This document shows, in pieces, positions 26,493-41,700 of a DNA stretch of 64,000 nt; position 1 is the stretch's first letter; each line of letters begins with the position of its first letter. A program made the position numbers and the translations under genes. The DNA is from Eledone cirrhosa (Eukaryota), in the NCBI GenBank assembly GCA_964016885.1, contig OZ024744.1:58280001-58344000 (forward strand). Direction: 5' to 3'. Under the pieces are notes generated by a model. That model was not told the origin of the DNA. It made no database searches and worked only from the letters and a program-made list of their open reading frames with translations.

Positions 26493-27225
26493 AAGTTAAC
26501 ACACTAAAATATGACATTGCTCAGGCATTTGAGGAAAGTTAAAAGTTGTGAGGTCAGTGAAATATTATTTGTATTGATGATGATTATCATTCCGAGGTTA
26601 TAATTTTTCATTTTTCCTCTTCAGACAGATGGCTTATGTAATGTCACAATATATTTTCTAGCTGTTGAATCTACATTGAAGAAGAATCCTTTATATATAA
26701 AAAAAATGTTCATTTAAAATTTTTATTTATTTATTTATTTTTTTTTTTCCATTAGAAAAAGTCAGCTTGAGCCGAGCCGCTTACCTGTATTTCTTATCTT
26801 TCATATTAAGTTACTGTTACTGTATAATATAATTTTTTTAGGGGTTTGGGAAAAACTCTTAAGTTTATATATTTTTTCGTTTAATTTTCCTCTACTGTCC
26901 TATATATTTAAAGGCTTAAATTATTTCTTGGCTGTCATTTTTGGTTGATTAGGTTTACAAGCTTTTGGTGAATTGTGAGAGAAATCTGTGAAATGGAGAA
27001 TTGTTTTTTGTGTTTATTATTTTTTAAATGATAAATTGAGGCTATTACTTGTAGTACAGCTCCAACATAAAAAAAATTTCCTTTCATGCATGAAAGGATG
27101 TTCATGGCAATCCTTACATTCTTCCACACTTACAATACAATCATAACTATTGTGATGATATATATTTATTTAGGAATTTGTTATTCATTTTCTTCTGCAA
27201 AAATAAGATTAGTATATATATATAT

Positions 27226-27275
<50 letters not shown>

Positions 27276-27734
27276 CTAGTTTTTATTATTTTCCATCTCC
27301 TCCTCCCTGCTTCTCACTCTTTTGCTATCTCCTATTTATTCACTTTTTTCTTTTCAATTCCAGTTAAACTATTTTACTGGTTTCAGCCAGTGTGTTGTGG
27401 CCATGCTGGTTAATCTTTTAGCATCAGATTATTCTATATTTAAATGTTCCTAGCATTAGAAAGTATAACTTTCTTCTACTATACTCTTTCTAAATAATTT
27501 AGTATTTTTTGTTTTAATATTCATTTGATGTGTTTAATAATATTACTGATTGCCGACATGGCAGAATTACTAATCCCCCCCTCTCCCCCAGTTTCTTCCA
27601 AATATTTTAATGCCAAGTGCCATCTGTTTTATATGGTTTTCTTTACACATTCTTCCTTACTCCTTCCTTACCCCTTATTCTAACCAGAATGTTGAATATA
27701 TAGAAATTTATGAATCCCAGCAGGCTTTGGCTGC

Positions 27735-27827
<93 letters not shown>

Positions 27828-30299
27828 TTATTAGCATTACTGTAAGCTACCACACTAGTCTCATTGTAGTGAGTGATAGTTGAATTGAAGTACTTTCTTA
27901 CTTTAACTTGTTGTGTGTGTGTGTGTGTGTATGTATGCATATATATATATATAATATATAGTGCATGCATTTATTGTGTTCAACATTTTAAGCCATGGGA
28001 GTAATCATTCTACAATACTTTTATTTTCATTGGCCTCTTATTTTCTTTTTAAACAATTCTTTAGGAAAATCATAAGAATAGCATCTGCTTAAAAACACAA
28101 TTTTTATGCACATATCCTGTTCTCATCACTTGTGAATGTTTTTCTAAGAAAATAATGGTCACATAAACATAATCCCATGCATCTCTTATGCATGCATACA
28201 AACATACACATGCATTAGTTCATTCACTCATTCAAATGCATTTTTATATTCTAATCAAATACATAAATGCATACAGATTACACATGCATCCTTATTTTTC
28301 CTCAAACTTATACAGTTATATATACATTTGCTTATATATATAATATGTAATATATATGTAATGTATAAATCATCAACATTACTAGATTCATACATTTATC
28401 CACAGACACTCTTAACTTATAAGAGTTTATTTAACATTCTTGCAATCTCTCTGCAGGGAATATACCTACCTTAAATTTAAGGTAATCTATTGTGATATAT
28501 AGAGGCATAATGTTTAGGGCTAAAACGGGTACATGTCTACTCGGAGCCTAGCTGTTGTCCAACCAAGAATAGATTGTTCTATCAATATTTTATCTTGCAT
28601 TAACATATACATGCATATGTGTGTATACATATGCTTGTGCATGTCAGAGACACCCACATTCACAAAACAAATATTAGTTTGTGAATACATACACACACTA
28701 ATATATATATACATAAGAATATTAGAATATAATATTTCCAGACACCCAGATTTTAAAATCTTGTAACTTTAGTATTACCTGGATATCTCACATCAGTTAG
28801 TTTCCAGTAAGCATGTTGATAAATTACCATGCAATATATGTATATAGATCAAGAGCAAGGTCATAATCTGATATCCTTATCTTCAGAGCAATTTCAAGCT
28901 TCTGTGATATTGAAAGTTCTTCGGGCAGTGCGTATTTCAAGCATTTAAAGTGGTCTTATGATAATTTGACTAAAAAACAAAGAGCTTGGCTGGGCCAATA
29001 AATATTTGGTACAATTTGAAGATATGACAAGTTGCTGATTTGATTCATTTTATTATTACATCAAAGGACTTCATGTTAATCTAGTTGACTCAAGTAATAT
29101 AACATTTTCTTCTCAAGTTAAAACTGTTTTCTTATGTTGGTATTTTGCGTGAAATTGAATTGTACTAATTTAAAAAAACAAAGAATGTTTATTTCAATCT
29201 TTACTGTTATATCATATGTAAAGTTTCAAAGTTCAAAGGGTGGATAGTTTATGAGTGCTTATAAATTTGTTAGCTTGTTATTTTATTGCTAAAATGATAA
29301 TAAAATAAGACTTTACCAATGGATGTTTTTTTTTTTTTCATTTTGTTTGTACTCTTAAAACTCTCTCTCTCTCTCTCTCCTTCTCTCTTTCTCCATTCCT
29401 CTTGGTTGGACAATAGTGATTTTGGATTCTAGTGTTTGCTGGGGCTTGTGTCCTCTATTCATTGGCTGTGTCAAATACTTGTAGCCCTCTAATGGTCACT
29501 CAGGGAAAGAGCAGTCATTTGGAATAAAGTTGTAATCAATTATTGGTAGTTCCAAAGAGTTTTAGACTCAACAAATTTAACAAATTACTCACAATCATTT
29601 ATTTAAATTAAGTTACTATTACACACATTATATAACAAACAATGCAACATAGTTTAAAGCTCGTTAAATTGTTTAACGGTAATGGACATACGTTTTATAC
29701 TAGTTATGGAAAACAAATTCATTAGATTATCATAATTTTGGTAATAAGTAATATTCTTTTAACACCATCCTTAATACATAACTATATTCATTTAAAAATA
29801 TAATCAAACATTTAAATTCTCAAAATCAATTATAACTTTAATTGAAAAAAATATATATAGATTTACTTTCTAACTTATAAAATTATCTAATCAGGTGTGT
29901 GTGTGTGTATGTATATGTAAATTTTATTAGCAAGTGATTGTCCTATACCTAGATACTGTCTATTGAAGGATAGTGTCACTGATTCTGAAGATTCCTGTTT
30001 GGTGCTCAACATCTTCCTAGATGGAAACTATGAGTGTCTGGGTGGAGCACATGGAACCTGTGTGGCACCAAATTCATCCTATTAGCTATTTTCTTGTTGG
30101 CGGCAGTCCCTTTATTAGGACCCTCTTATTATTTCTAGTGGTCAGATTACCCATTTTAATTGGTTGTTTATTATTACTTAACCATGTATCCACTAACCAT
30201 CTAAAAAGTCCTTACAGCAATGATGTTTCAGTTATTTGTGTTTGTAGGCAATGCAGATGATAGACTGGGATGGATCACTTGGGTTGTTAAGGAATGCTT

Positions 30300-31252
30300 A
30301 CCCACTGTTATCTAGTTTTGATGAAAAGTGGAGGATTTTAGGGGATTTTATATCGGTTAAGAGACCAATTGGTGTGGGCTCTGTCTTGTTTACCAAGTGA
30401 TGTATCATCAGTGAAGAGCTTTATATTTTGTGCAACTAACTAGAATGACCAAGTGAACAGGCAAAAGTTTCTTGGATAGGAAGCTAAGTTCTCTATACCG
30501 ATTTCACCCAGTTTTTGCATCACTAAGATGTTCTGTATGACTATCTTAAAATAAAAGTTAGTTGCATTAAAACCATGTTAGATTTCCAGGTTATCATTCC
30601 TAGAATACTGATGTCATGAAGAGCTGAACCTTGATTGTATTATACTAATGTGGAAACTTAAAAAACATGTCAACTGCAGCAATGAGGCTGTCATCTAGTC
30701 ACTGTTGGATATTGCAGAACACCCCTAGCTCTCTTGGCTCTGTAATAGAAGTTCACCCTTTGCTATATCGATTACTTTGTGTATGATTGTACTGTTGAAT
30801 CATCCGCTTGGTGTATATCAGCATTACCTACTAATGCAACAGACATTGTTTCTGCTAAACTTAATAATATATTGATAGAGGGTTAATAAGATAAAATAAA
30901 AATACTTAGCCATTAACTAACATGAGTAACTAAATTTAATAACTGAGAGTTTAAAGGGACTCACCCCATTCATTCATTATATCCACCAAGGAAGATGTTG
31001 AGTACAAAACTGTATTGTATATGTATGCATATAATATATATTTCCTATTTCTAATTTTAAATAGGACATATATCTCTTAATAAAAAATAAATCAGGTTAT
31101 TTGGTTAAAGGAATTCACCCAAGAACTAGAAAACTCTTTTAATAATAATAATAGTAAATTACTATTTTGATTCCACTTGAGTAAAAATAATTCTTTACCT
31201 TTGATAATTATCAACAGTCTAGTTCTTGAAAGTTTTCATTAACATTTTGCTG

Positions 31253-31299
<47 letters not shown>

Positions 31300-32450
31300 C
31301 ACATTTACATTATTAATATTTATATATCTGCATGTTCACATAAATGATCGTACTATGATATATATTAAACACCTACATACACATACATTCTTTTACCAGA
31401 TCTGTAAATTGCTGATCAAAAGTTGAGTGATTATATGTATGGCTTGTCTGGTTTGATTTCTGTTTATAGTATGTATATGTTTATATATACACATACTTTT
31501 GTACTTGTTCCAGTTCATGGGCTGAGGTCATGCTGGGGCACTGCGATTGAGGAATGAGAGAGTTTAACACCACAGCCCTCGTATTTGCATTTCTTGTTAT
31601 GCTTTTTGAAACAACTATCTCCATCCTTTATAGATCTCTGATGGTGGTGGTGGTGGGGGTGACACATTAAAGAGTTGGGTGCCTTTGAACCCCAAACTAT
31701 TGCAGTATATGGTCCTTACTATAGATGTTGGGGACGGTGATTGGCATTAAGCAATGATATTCTGTTTGGGGGATGGTGTAGCTTTCAAAAGGCAGCTTTT
31801 TTCCTGGGTAAAGCCCATGCTGGGTGTCAGCAAGTCATTTTCTTCCATAATGTGTTCAATGACTTATGTAATTTTTAACATATGCTCTGTTTCCTCCTTT
31901 ATAGATTGGGCTATTATGCTTTCCTTTAATTTTCCAGGGAGTTTACCACTTATAATGAATCTTTGGAAAGATCAGACTGGATAGAATTCAAATGCTTCCT
32001 GTAGGTTACATATCTATTTTCCTTCAGACTATACATTTAATTTTATGTTATGGCCTGAGAAAGTCATTTATGTTACCTTTATATTGTGGATAAGCTCCAT
32101 GCTATTTGTAAAGCAGAGATCTAGGGTGGAGTATTAGTGGTTCCATGAACAGCATGTCTGTAGGGTCAAGCAGGAATTCTGTTTGTCTTTGTTCATATAA
32201 TGATATTCCTGAGAGAAAGTGGCCTTCAGGCTATTTGACATTGGGGAGGTTAAAGTCTCCCAGAAGTGATTAGACTTTACTCTGGTTTAGTTAGAACTAA
32301 TGTTTTTAATGGCAATCTTCAAATTTACCCTTACAATTCAATGGTCTGGTGGCCAATATGAGGAACATAGAACTATTTTGAGTTGCTTTATGTGTACTGC
32401 TAGTGTGTCTGACAGAGTTGGAGTGGACAGCAGAATTTTGGGCATGACAT
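30300..32450 (-). mobile_element. Highly decayed CR1-like LINE remnants
   Basis: Minus-strand remnants LKIVLCSSYWPP (about 32350-32385), LLGDFNLPNV (about 32240-32270) and KLFTDDT (about 30400-30422) appear in APE-to-RT order. Confidence 0.45.
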
Positions 32451-33971
32451 TGCTACTCCATGTGTGTATATATATATGTATTGTGTGTATGTAAAAAGAT
32501 ACAGATATTACTGTATAGTTAATAGTCATGTTATTTTAGATAATTTATATTCTCAGGTCCTATGGAAATATAAAAATGGTATTAGGTTGATTTAGAGAAT
32601 ATTTGCAGTGTTTTTATTCATATTATTCTGTTTGTATTACCTATCTCTGTTATTTCTCAAACTATCCAAACAGCAAGAAAGATGGGTTATAAATCTAGTC
32701 TCCTTTGTGAGACTAGAAAAGAATAAAACTAGCTTAGCACAATTTTTGATAGGGATCTGAGTCAAATATTAGCAGTCCATATAACTAGGCGCCTTCCCCC
32801 CAAAAAATTGCTCTCCTTGGGCTTAAATTAGAAACCAAACTCAAAGAAGGCTGGAGGAATCCAAAGGTTCAAGACTTAGAAAAGGATAAAAAATTGAAAC
32901 ATTTTCAGGCATGTCAAGATTCAGTATATTTTTTATTGTAGAGGACATTCTTTATTTCATTGTCTTAGAAAGGAAACTGATTGTTTTGTTGGTCTAGCAG
33001 GGAAACGGGTTAAACAATGATGAATTGACTTTCGTCTAGTAATGTATTGTTTACGCCTTTAAGTGTATAACTGGATTGGTCATTGTTTTCAGATAAATAT
33101 ATCTAGGGCCCATTACTTCAAGCTAAACATATTCTCGAAATATTTCAAGTTAGCAGTTGCTACATAAAAATATGTTCATTGATTTTATAGTGTCCCCACT
33201 GCTTAAATCAGTGAGCAATACATTATTTTGTAGTTAGTACCAGGTGGATTATTAGACCATTGAGAGCTAATGTCTTTGCTCAATATATGATGCACTATTG
33301 TTAGTAGTAGCCCAAACACCATGCCAATATAACCAGCTGTGATTCTCATAGTTCAGAACAGTGATTACAATAACTCTAGAGATTCCAATTGTTTATTATT
33401 GTTCAACTGGAGACAAAAGATAATTTCCAAAACTTTTTACTCTTTCACTTGTTCCAGCCTACAGGCTTTGGCCATGCTGAGGCTCATCTACAATAATTTC
33501 TCTTCTGCTGAGGGTGATGCTTTATTTACAACTAATGGCTTCAATGGTTTACATTCATTGCAAGAGCTAGTGAAAAAAAATTATAACGATAGGATATATA
33601 TATATACATACTAGACCCATGGTTACTAGTAGAACATGTCGACTAAAACCTAATTAAATGACCATATTGATCTCACTGATTTTTTTTCTTTCTTTTTTTT
33701 TTTCTTCTTCTTCCCCTCCACATTTGGTAAAGTTATGCCTTATGTATAGTTTCAGTTTCTAACATATTTAACATTTAAACTGTTCAGTTGTATCTGTTGC
33801 ATGCTTTTTATAAAGTTTGACTGACAGACTAACAGTATGAATCAATTGAAGCTTCCCTTTGTAAGTAGACGAAGGAAAATATTTGGTTCTGCCTTCTGGA
33901 ATATGATAGTTATTGATTGATATGAAATATTGATTTTATGATTATTGAGATGTTTCACCACTGTTTCCTAC

Positions 33972-34002
<31 letters not shown>

Positions 34003-37000
34003 GATAATCTGTGTGTATGGTTAAAATGAATACTAAATTGGTGTTTGTTTTTTTTAAATTCTTTTGTAGGGGGTAGGTTTTTTTTTTTTTCTGCAAAATT
34101 TCTAGACATTGTGATTTTGATTTCCACATGATTAGTGAGTTACAAATGCCTTTCTTAATATTCTGATATTAATTTTGTTCTGAAATTATATTTCAGTCAA
34201 CCAACTTAGGTGTGTTAAATCCTAATATGTCACTAGTTTTCTTTCTTTTTAAAGAACCCACTTTCGAGGGTGTTAAGCTTTGAAATAAATAAATAAACAG
34301 CTGAAATTTATTTTCACCATTGTTAGTTTTCATACTTTCTGAAAGTTAATGTAATATATTTAAATAGTTTTATAATGACACTGTCCTATATTGGGAGAAA
34401 TTTAGAGGAGAAATTGAATTTGGTTTATAAATTTGCAAACATTTAATTAATTTTTCCATTTTATTTTTGGTAATATATTTTAGATATGTTAAACAGACAG
34501 TCTTTGTTCATTAATCTGAGCAAAAATTATCTATCTTGTTAGGGAAATTTAAAGTAGACAAAAATGTTTTGATTATATTGATGAAAAAAATCGATTGAAA
34601 TAGTATTTCATTAAAAATATGGTCGTGAAAGGGTAGTTAGTGTTTATTTTAGGCTAATTACTACATATTTATCAAAAGAAAATTGTTTCTACTTTAGAAA
34701 GGAAAAATGGTGTTGCTTGCTTGGAAGGAAATATGTAATAGATGAAAATAAATGAAAGTTTTAATTTAGAAAGGATAAAAATATCAAACATTGGGTAATG
34801 TTAATATTTATTGCTAACTTAAACAAATAGGATATATAAATATAAAAACCTTAGACAATGTAACATTAAAGTATTGAGTATTAGGTCAGGCATTTTTAAC
34901 AATATCACCATTTTTTTCTCCAACTTTCACTAGGTAAGGATTCATAATTACAGGCTTGAGAATTTTTCAGTCATCATTTCCTTACTGATTATTGATTTCT
35001 TAGTTTATTTTTGATAATTCTAGTGAAATAATTGCACACACATATTACTAAGCATACAGCAAACCTTCATTTTCAATATTTTTTTAAAATACTTATTAAG
35101 TTCATCATAGAAAAATAACCCAGACTGTCATTTAATCCATTTTCAATTTTTCCTCTATCTCTTTTTAAAAAGTTCAAGACAGTGTATGTGATAAACTAAG
35201 GGATCACTGTCCAAATCTCTGTACACCTCAATTGTGAACTTAAGTCTATATAATGTTGCCTTTCTTTAAGTGCCTGTCCACACTAATTTTAGGCGGTATT
35301 TAAATTTAAAATCCAAGCAAAGAAAAAAAATCAAACAAAACAAACATTACAGATTATCAGAAAGAACAAAAACGTGACTTCAAAAGGATCCCATTCTATC
35401 AAGCTTCACACATGTGTGTGCGGGTATAATTTATTCTGAGAGTAACTGATGCACCTATTTAAAAAGACATCTATCTTTCATCATTGCTGTTACTACTAAC
35501 TACACTTGGTTTAAATTGACACAATGTACACTTTCAGTAAAAAGTATGTTTTTTTTTTATTTTCCATTTCGAGGTTTAATGAAATTAAACAAGTTCATTT
35601 ACAGAACAGCAGGTCTATCTAGTTGTTTGTTCATTTAGTTTTAGTTTTTTTTTTAATATATATTTCTTGCTGTAATTGTATTTAATGTAGTTAAGATTTG
35701 TTAATGGGTTTTCATTTGCAATTTTTCAGATATCCTTTGTTTACTTCAATAAGAAAAATATCTTAATCTCTCCTAAATGGTGGTAATATATACACTTATG
35801 TAACTCTTTCAACTCTGCTTTTTGTTGAAGAACATAATGGATAATTATAGTCTTTCCTCCTTCCCTCCCCACAAAAAAACAAATCAATATTAGGTTTGAT
35901 TGATTTTAAATGAAATTGAAAGTGAATCACAATTTTAACTTGTATTTCATTGTTTATTGATTATTATTTCTTTTTTCAAAGAGTTTTATCCGTCCGTTGG
36001 GATTTATTATTCATTCCCATCCCATTAAATTAGTCTATTTGATTGGTTTAAATATCCAAAATACCATGCTCATATTTGCATGTAATATAGCACAAACGTT
36101 TCTTCATATTCTTGTTAGTTGTGTATGGAACTAAGTTTAAGATCAAGCTTTTTAGAAGACATTAAGAACACATTTGTTGTATATGCATATAAAATCAGTT
36201 TAGAATTTCAAAATATCTTCATAATAGAAATATTTCTTTAAGAGAATTCATGTGAAAGTGCATCTGACTGTATCTATTTTCATTTTTCAACAAGGAATGG
36301 ATTTAAAGGAATTCTGAATATTTGCCAACCATTTAGTATGGTTTTAACAAATTCTCAGTAAACTGACTGAATAATAATGTTAGTTTTCAAAAAAATATGA
36401 TGTATTGCATTGAATTTGATATTTTGGTTCAAATAATTCAAAATGAAAACTCTTGAAGTCATATCTTTCTGATGCAAAATTCAATTTAGATAATTATTCT
36501 TAATAACCATTGCAAAAATGTTAAACATATGTAAAGTATTTATTAAGCTGTAATTAGTGGGTAAAAAGGGACTGGATACTGATTTTGTTAGTGTGGATAG
36601 GCACACAATATTAATCAAATGTAATTTTCAACCTTTCCAATCAATCTATAAATATATAAGACTATACAGAATAATATCTATCTTCTTTTACAAGGTATTG
36701 TTAAAAGTGGTTTTAAATATGAAAATAACTGTGCTGAGAAAAAAAGTTGATGGTTATCTAGTGGATTTTAATTTTTTCTTTCTCATTAGTGTGGATGTTG
36801 AACACTTCATTTTTTATTGGAGTCTAGTATGTTGGAGTATTATAATAGTGGTGAAAATAAAGTTAAATCTACTAAAAGAACAATTTGAAGGGGTTTTTTT
36901 CTAGGCATTGACTGTCTATAGCATTAGTTTAGAGCTCATAACGTGCAAGGAAAATAGATTTTAGAAAACATCTAGAAAATTATTAAAAGCTTTCCTTAAA

Positions 37001-37313
37001 TTAGTTTCTTCATATATTCATCTAAAATATTAAACATACCAGACACTTTTCTTTTTTTTTTTTTAAATCTTATTTCTTAATCAACTGATAGCAAGTTTAT
37101 GTTCATTGTATGTAGTATGATTTTTGTGACATATCTACTGCAACTTTATTTAAATATATTTAATAAGGTTTGTATTTATGAAAAATCTATGTATCTTCAA
37201 AATATTTACATTTTTGATTGTGATGATTACTTAACAATATTTCAGATACATTTTACACACACACAAAAATTAATTTTAGATAGATATTTCTATTTCTTTG
37301 TATATAATATATA

Positions 37314-37390
37314 CAGGTTGTCCCCCCAAAATTGATATATTTTGTAGTCTAATAACATAGCCAATGATGTCAATTTTTGGGGACACCCTG
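37314..37390. mobile_element. Tc1/mariner-type mini-MITE (77 bp)
   Basis: Imperfect TIRs CAGGTTGTCCCCCCAAAATTGATAT / ATGTCAATTTTTGGGGACACCCTG with TA on both sides. Confidence 0.75.
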
Positions 37391-38675
37391 TATATATATT
37401 AAAATAGCATCCTTCCTCATTTTTTTTTTATCTTTCAACTAGTTTCTCTGTACTCTGAAATAAGATTAAAATATTATTAGCTAAAAATATATTGATATAT
37501 TAAGTCTTATCTTTTTTAATTTTTTTAATTTGAACGTTTGGTTTTAACTGTTAATTGGCTTTTAATTAATTATAATTTCAATTAAATTTAGTAACTGCTA
37601 TATTTATTTAATTTCTTGTGTTTATCTTTAGTATTAGAAGCATTTTGCTGGTTTAAAACTTATGGGTTGCTGATAGAATGGAACCTTTGAACAGTTATGT
37701 TTGACATCATCCTATCCCTTTTGACGACATACATTATCTAGATGATCCATATTAACCTGACAGTGCTCTCAAATATTTCATTTTCTCCTCTTCCTATTCC
37801 CTTCCATTTTATTTATTTGTTAATTATATTTTTAGCAGACCATAATGATAGTCTGTTTATTTCTATTTGAAACTTGTACTACTCACATACTTACAGCAAC
37901 CAGAAACATTTGCAATGCTGTAAAACAGACAAAAAACAAACAAACAATTGTACATTATAAGAAACTCCCGAATAAAGTGTTCAACAGCTACATAACTGGG
38001 ATTAACTTAGTTGAAATTAAAACTTCATTTATTAACCGCTGCAAATCTCCTACATAGCAACAGAATCTCTATATTGATCATCTCCAAATATTCAGATACC
38101 TCCATTATTATTATTATGCTTTCATGTATTCCTTTCGATCAATCAAAAATTGAAGGTGTACCATATGTTTTAATAGCATTAATGAATAAAAAAAAAAGGG
38201 TTAGGTCACATTAAACAATTAAAAAAAAATTATTAAAGAATTTGTCATTGTTTTCTTTATATATATATATATATAATGTTCTTATAATTATATACTTCTT
38301 TATATATCAATATTGGTTCAAAGGCATTCCTTGATTCTACACAACAATTTTAATTTACTTACATCTATACATTTGCGAACATTCATAAAATTGGGAAGCT
38401 ACCTTGTTTAAAAATAAGCTTCAACATTTGCATGTCTAGCAATTTTTTTATTTGATGACTTATTTAACTTTCTATGAATTAGTTATTAATTCTTCCATCC
38501 AGCCATCTATCCTTTCTTAAAAAGAGTAAAACAAAATCCACCCTATCCCATCCCACCTTTTTACAGCAAAACATGAAAAGATAAAATATATATTTAACTG
38601 AGTCTATGTTATGGGTATTTGCAGCGGTTAGCTACATCATTTCAATTGTGATTTAGGTGATGTCTTGTTGATTTT

Positions 38676-38721
<46 letters not shown>

Positions 38722-41700
38722 TGATGCTGATTTTAAGGATGTTGGTCCCCAGTTGCTGTTGTTGAATCCTGATATGATCTATCATAATAATTTTAGTCAT
38801 CCATATGTGAAACAGCATCCTACCATATGTTACACTCTCAATATTTAAAAATTGTTCTCTAAGAAAAAAAAAATTACATTTCATGCTCAACTTACATTTA
38901 CCCATCTTGTGACTATTTGCAAATTTTGACTTATTAATGTTTTAAAATCATGCAATGCCTTTCTAGAATTGAGTTTGGCATTTGTTAGTAAGATTAAGTA
39001 ATTAGTAAGATATCTCTTATTAATAATATTAATAATAATAAAGAGAATTCACCAGTGATCAGTTATTATTTATACTTAAGAAGTGTTTTGGGTTTTTTTC
39101 TTCATTTTTTTTTGTTTTGTTTTGCTTTTTCAATATTAAAAGCATTTATTCAGCAATTATAAATGGACAGAATTTACATACATAATATATATATTTCAAG
39201 GTTTCATTTCATTAATTGATAGATATATATATATTTTTTAATTTTTATTAGATACTAATTTGCTTTGTAACTGAGATACAATTTCTTAAATACAATTAAT
39301 AACTGGTCCTTTTCAGTTAATCAGTTTATATATAGCCTTAGTGATATAACTTTTTCTTGGTACTAAAGTGAGAGAAAAAACAAACAAAATCTCACATTTG
39401 CGAGTGTTATTTTAAGACACTTTGCAGCAGTTAATTATCTTGAAGAAAGAGGTGAAAAAATGAAAAGTTGCCAAGATATGTATTGCCTATTTTACATTTG
39501 TTATTGCATTATTATTATATAAGTTTTGTTCTTTTATTGTTAGCAGAATGGACTCTGATGTATTCTCTTTCTAGCTATAATAGTTATGCTGAAAGATTGC
39601 TTTCATGCCAACAACATCTGGAAAATTGAAACTGGCATGTTTAATATTAAGGCACACTTGATGAGAATATGGTACTTAAAAAGAAAAACAAAAATTAACC
39701 GAGGAAAGATAGGTGAAAGGATTCCACTTTGTTTTCTTTTGGGGGACAGGGCAAATATTTTGTAGATCTATTATTAACTATTTGTGATAATTTTTAAAAG
39801 TAAATTGCTGCTATTGTGGTTCTAAATAACTTCTTACAATAATTTTGTGCTATTTTTTTTTCTATCTTTTAGTTCTTCAGTATATATATATATATATGCC
39901 ATCTTCAAATTCACCTTTCTACCTTCTTTCCTTTTTTACCTCCACAAATTAAAATTAAAAAAATTAATATTCTTTCACATTAAAAGAACTTATATATATA
40001 ATATCCTGTAGTTTTTAAATAATAGATTGAAAATTATTATATTAATTAATTAAAAACACACCCAGGTCATTTGCTGCTTGTTATTTCTCATGAATTACTT
40101 GGGAGCCTGGCAGCAATCAAAACCTTTGCAGAAAAATCTTTTCAGAGTAAACTGCACATCTTGGATATTTGCAGGTGTTTGCCACATTTTGTTTGATTTT
40201 AACAATTTTTCTTAGAAGTTGATGGGAAAAAAATTGACTAAATTTTTCAATTGAACTTTTTTTTTAAACTGTACTGTGGGCCCATTTCTATTTAGCTTTT
40301 TTTATTGATGTTATCCTTGTTTTTAATGCTGTTGTTCTTTCTTCTTTCAGTGATTTAAGAATCCTGTGCTAGATTTAACTTATTTTTGTGGCAAATATTT
40401 GTAATTTAACCTTTTTCTTAAGGAAGATAAAATAATTGATAAGTTAGTTACTCCAATTTTTAGCATAATAGAATCTGAAAGTTTGTACTCCCTCTAAAAC
40501 ATAATGTGCAGTAATACATGCACATATTGATGTGTGTGCATGTAATACACATATCCACACATACACCTTAACAAAAATAGATCACTCCATCGGGCAAATT
40601 TAAATTCCCATATGGTTTGTCCCCGATGACCAGGCAAATAGTCACTCCCCATCAAGAATTCACAAGAAGCAGATTACTGGAGTCTATATGCTTGTTACCT
40701 GAGCGACTAATCCACTCGTTCCATGAAGTTGGGTAAATCAGTGGGATTGTGAATAGATTCTCTGAGAATGCAATGATAAGTCCGCCCCCTTGCCTGTCAA
40801 AACTACAGCAGTCTTTCATAGCTGCCTGAGTATAAATGCCAAAAGCTGTAATAATCTTCTACTTGTTGATTCTTACAAAGCTTTGTTTTTTATATTCAGA
40901 TATCACCTTGTAATGTATCATTTTTGGTTATCACGTCCATGAAACTTTAAAAAAATAAAAAAATATAAATATAATAAAAGCACATCATAGTTTTGGTAAT
41001 GATATTAAACGCAACAACTTTTCTGCAAGCAGGGATGTGAACAAGATCTATGTAGAGGATCTTGAACAAGTAATGGCTTTATATATATATATAAAAAAAA
41101 AAATTATTCAGCAAAGCTTTTGGAAAGACAAAAAAACCAACAAAAACAAGCTAAAAAAAAATGATTGGACCCTACCTCTCCTTGTGATTTCTGAGAGAAG
41201 CTTAATTTTCTTTTTGGCAAAAGCCCTTATCTCCTTGGTCTTGTGGATCAGTTGTGTGGGTAACATGAATTGTCACTTTTCATCTTGAAGCAGAATTCTG
41301 GAGTCTAAAATCCATCTTGTAGTTGTAACTACTGGTCGCATGTTGGACTTACCCGGAGGGCTTTCAGTGAGGAGCCATTTGTATAGACCATCTTATTTAA
41401 AGTCATTAAAAATTTACAGCTGTTGACACCCAAGTTTTGAATTTCAAATGACAATTTTTATCTTGCTTTTGTGATGTGATTTACTCAACCATATTGTGAC
41501 ATGACCTTATTGTACAACCTTTAGGGGTAAGCAAACCTGATGTATTGTGTAATCCAGTTTGAAGTAATTGTGATTATAACCATTTTAAATCTTCCTTGCC
41601 CTTCAATCTGCTTATGTAACAATATGATGAAGATTGTGATAGCATTTTCAATAAGGTCATTTTCCTTTATGGTTCAGTAACTTATTTTTTTCTTTCTACT

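Noticed and set aside
18786-27970. Many [12 protein letters not shown] ORFs up to 246 aa
   Set aside because: They are translations of stop-poor dinucleotide microsatellites.
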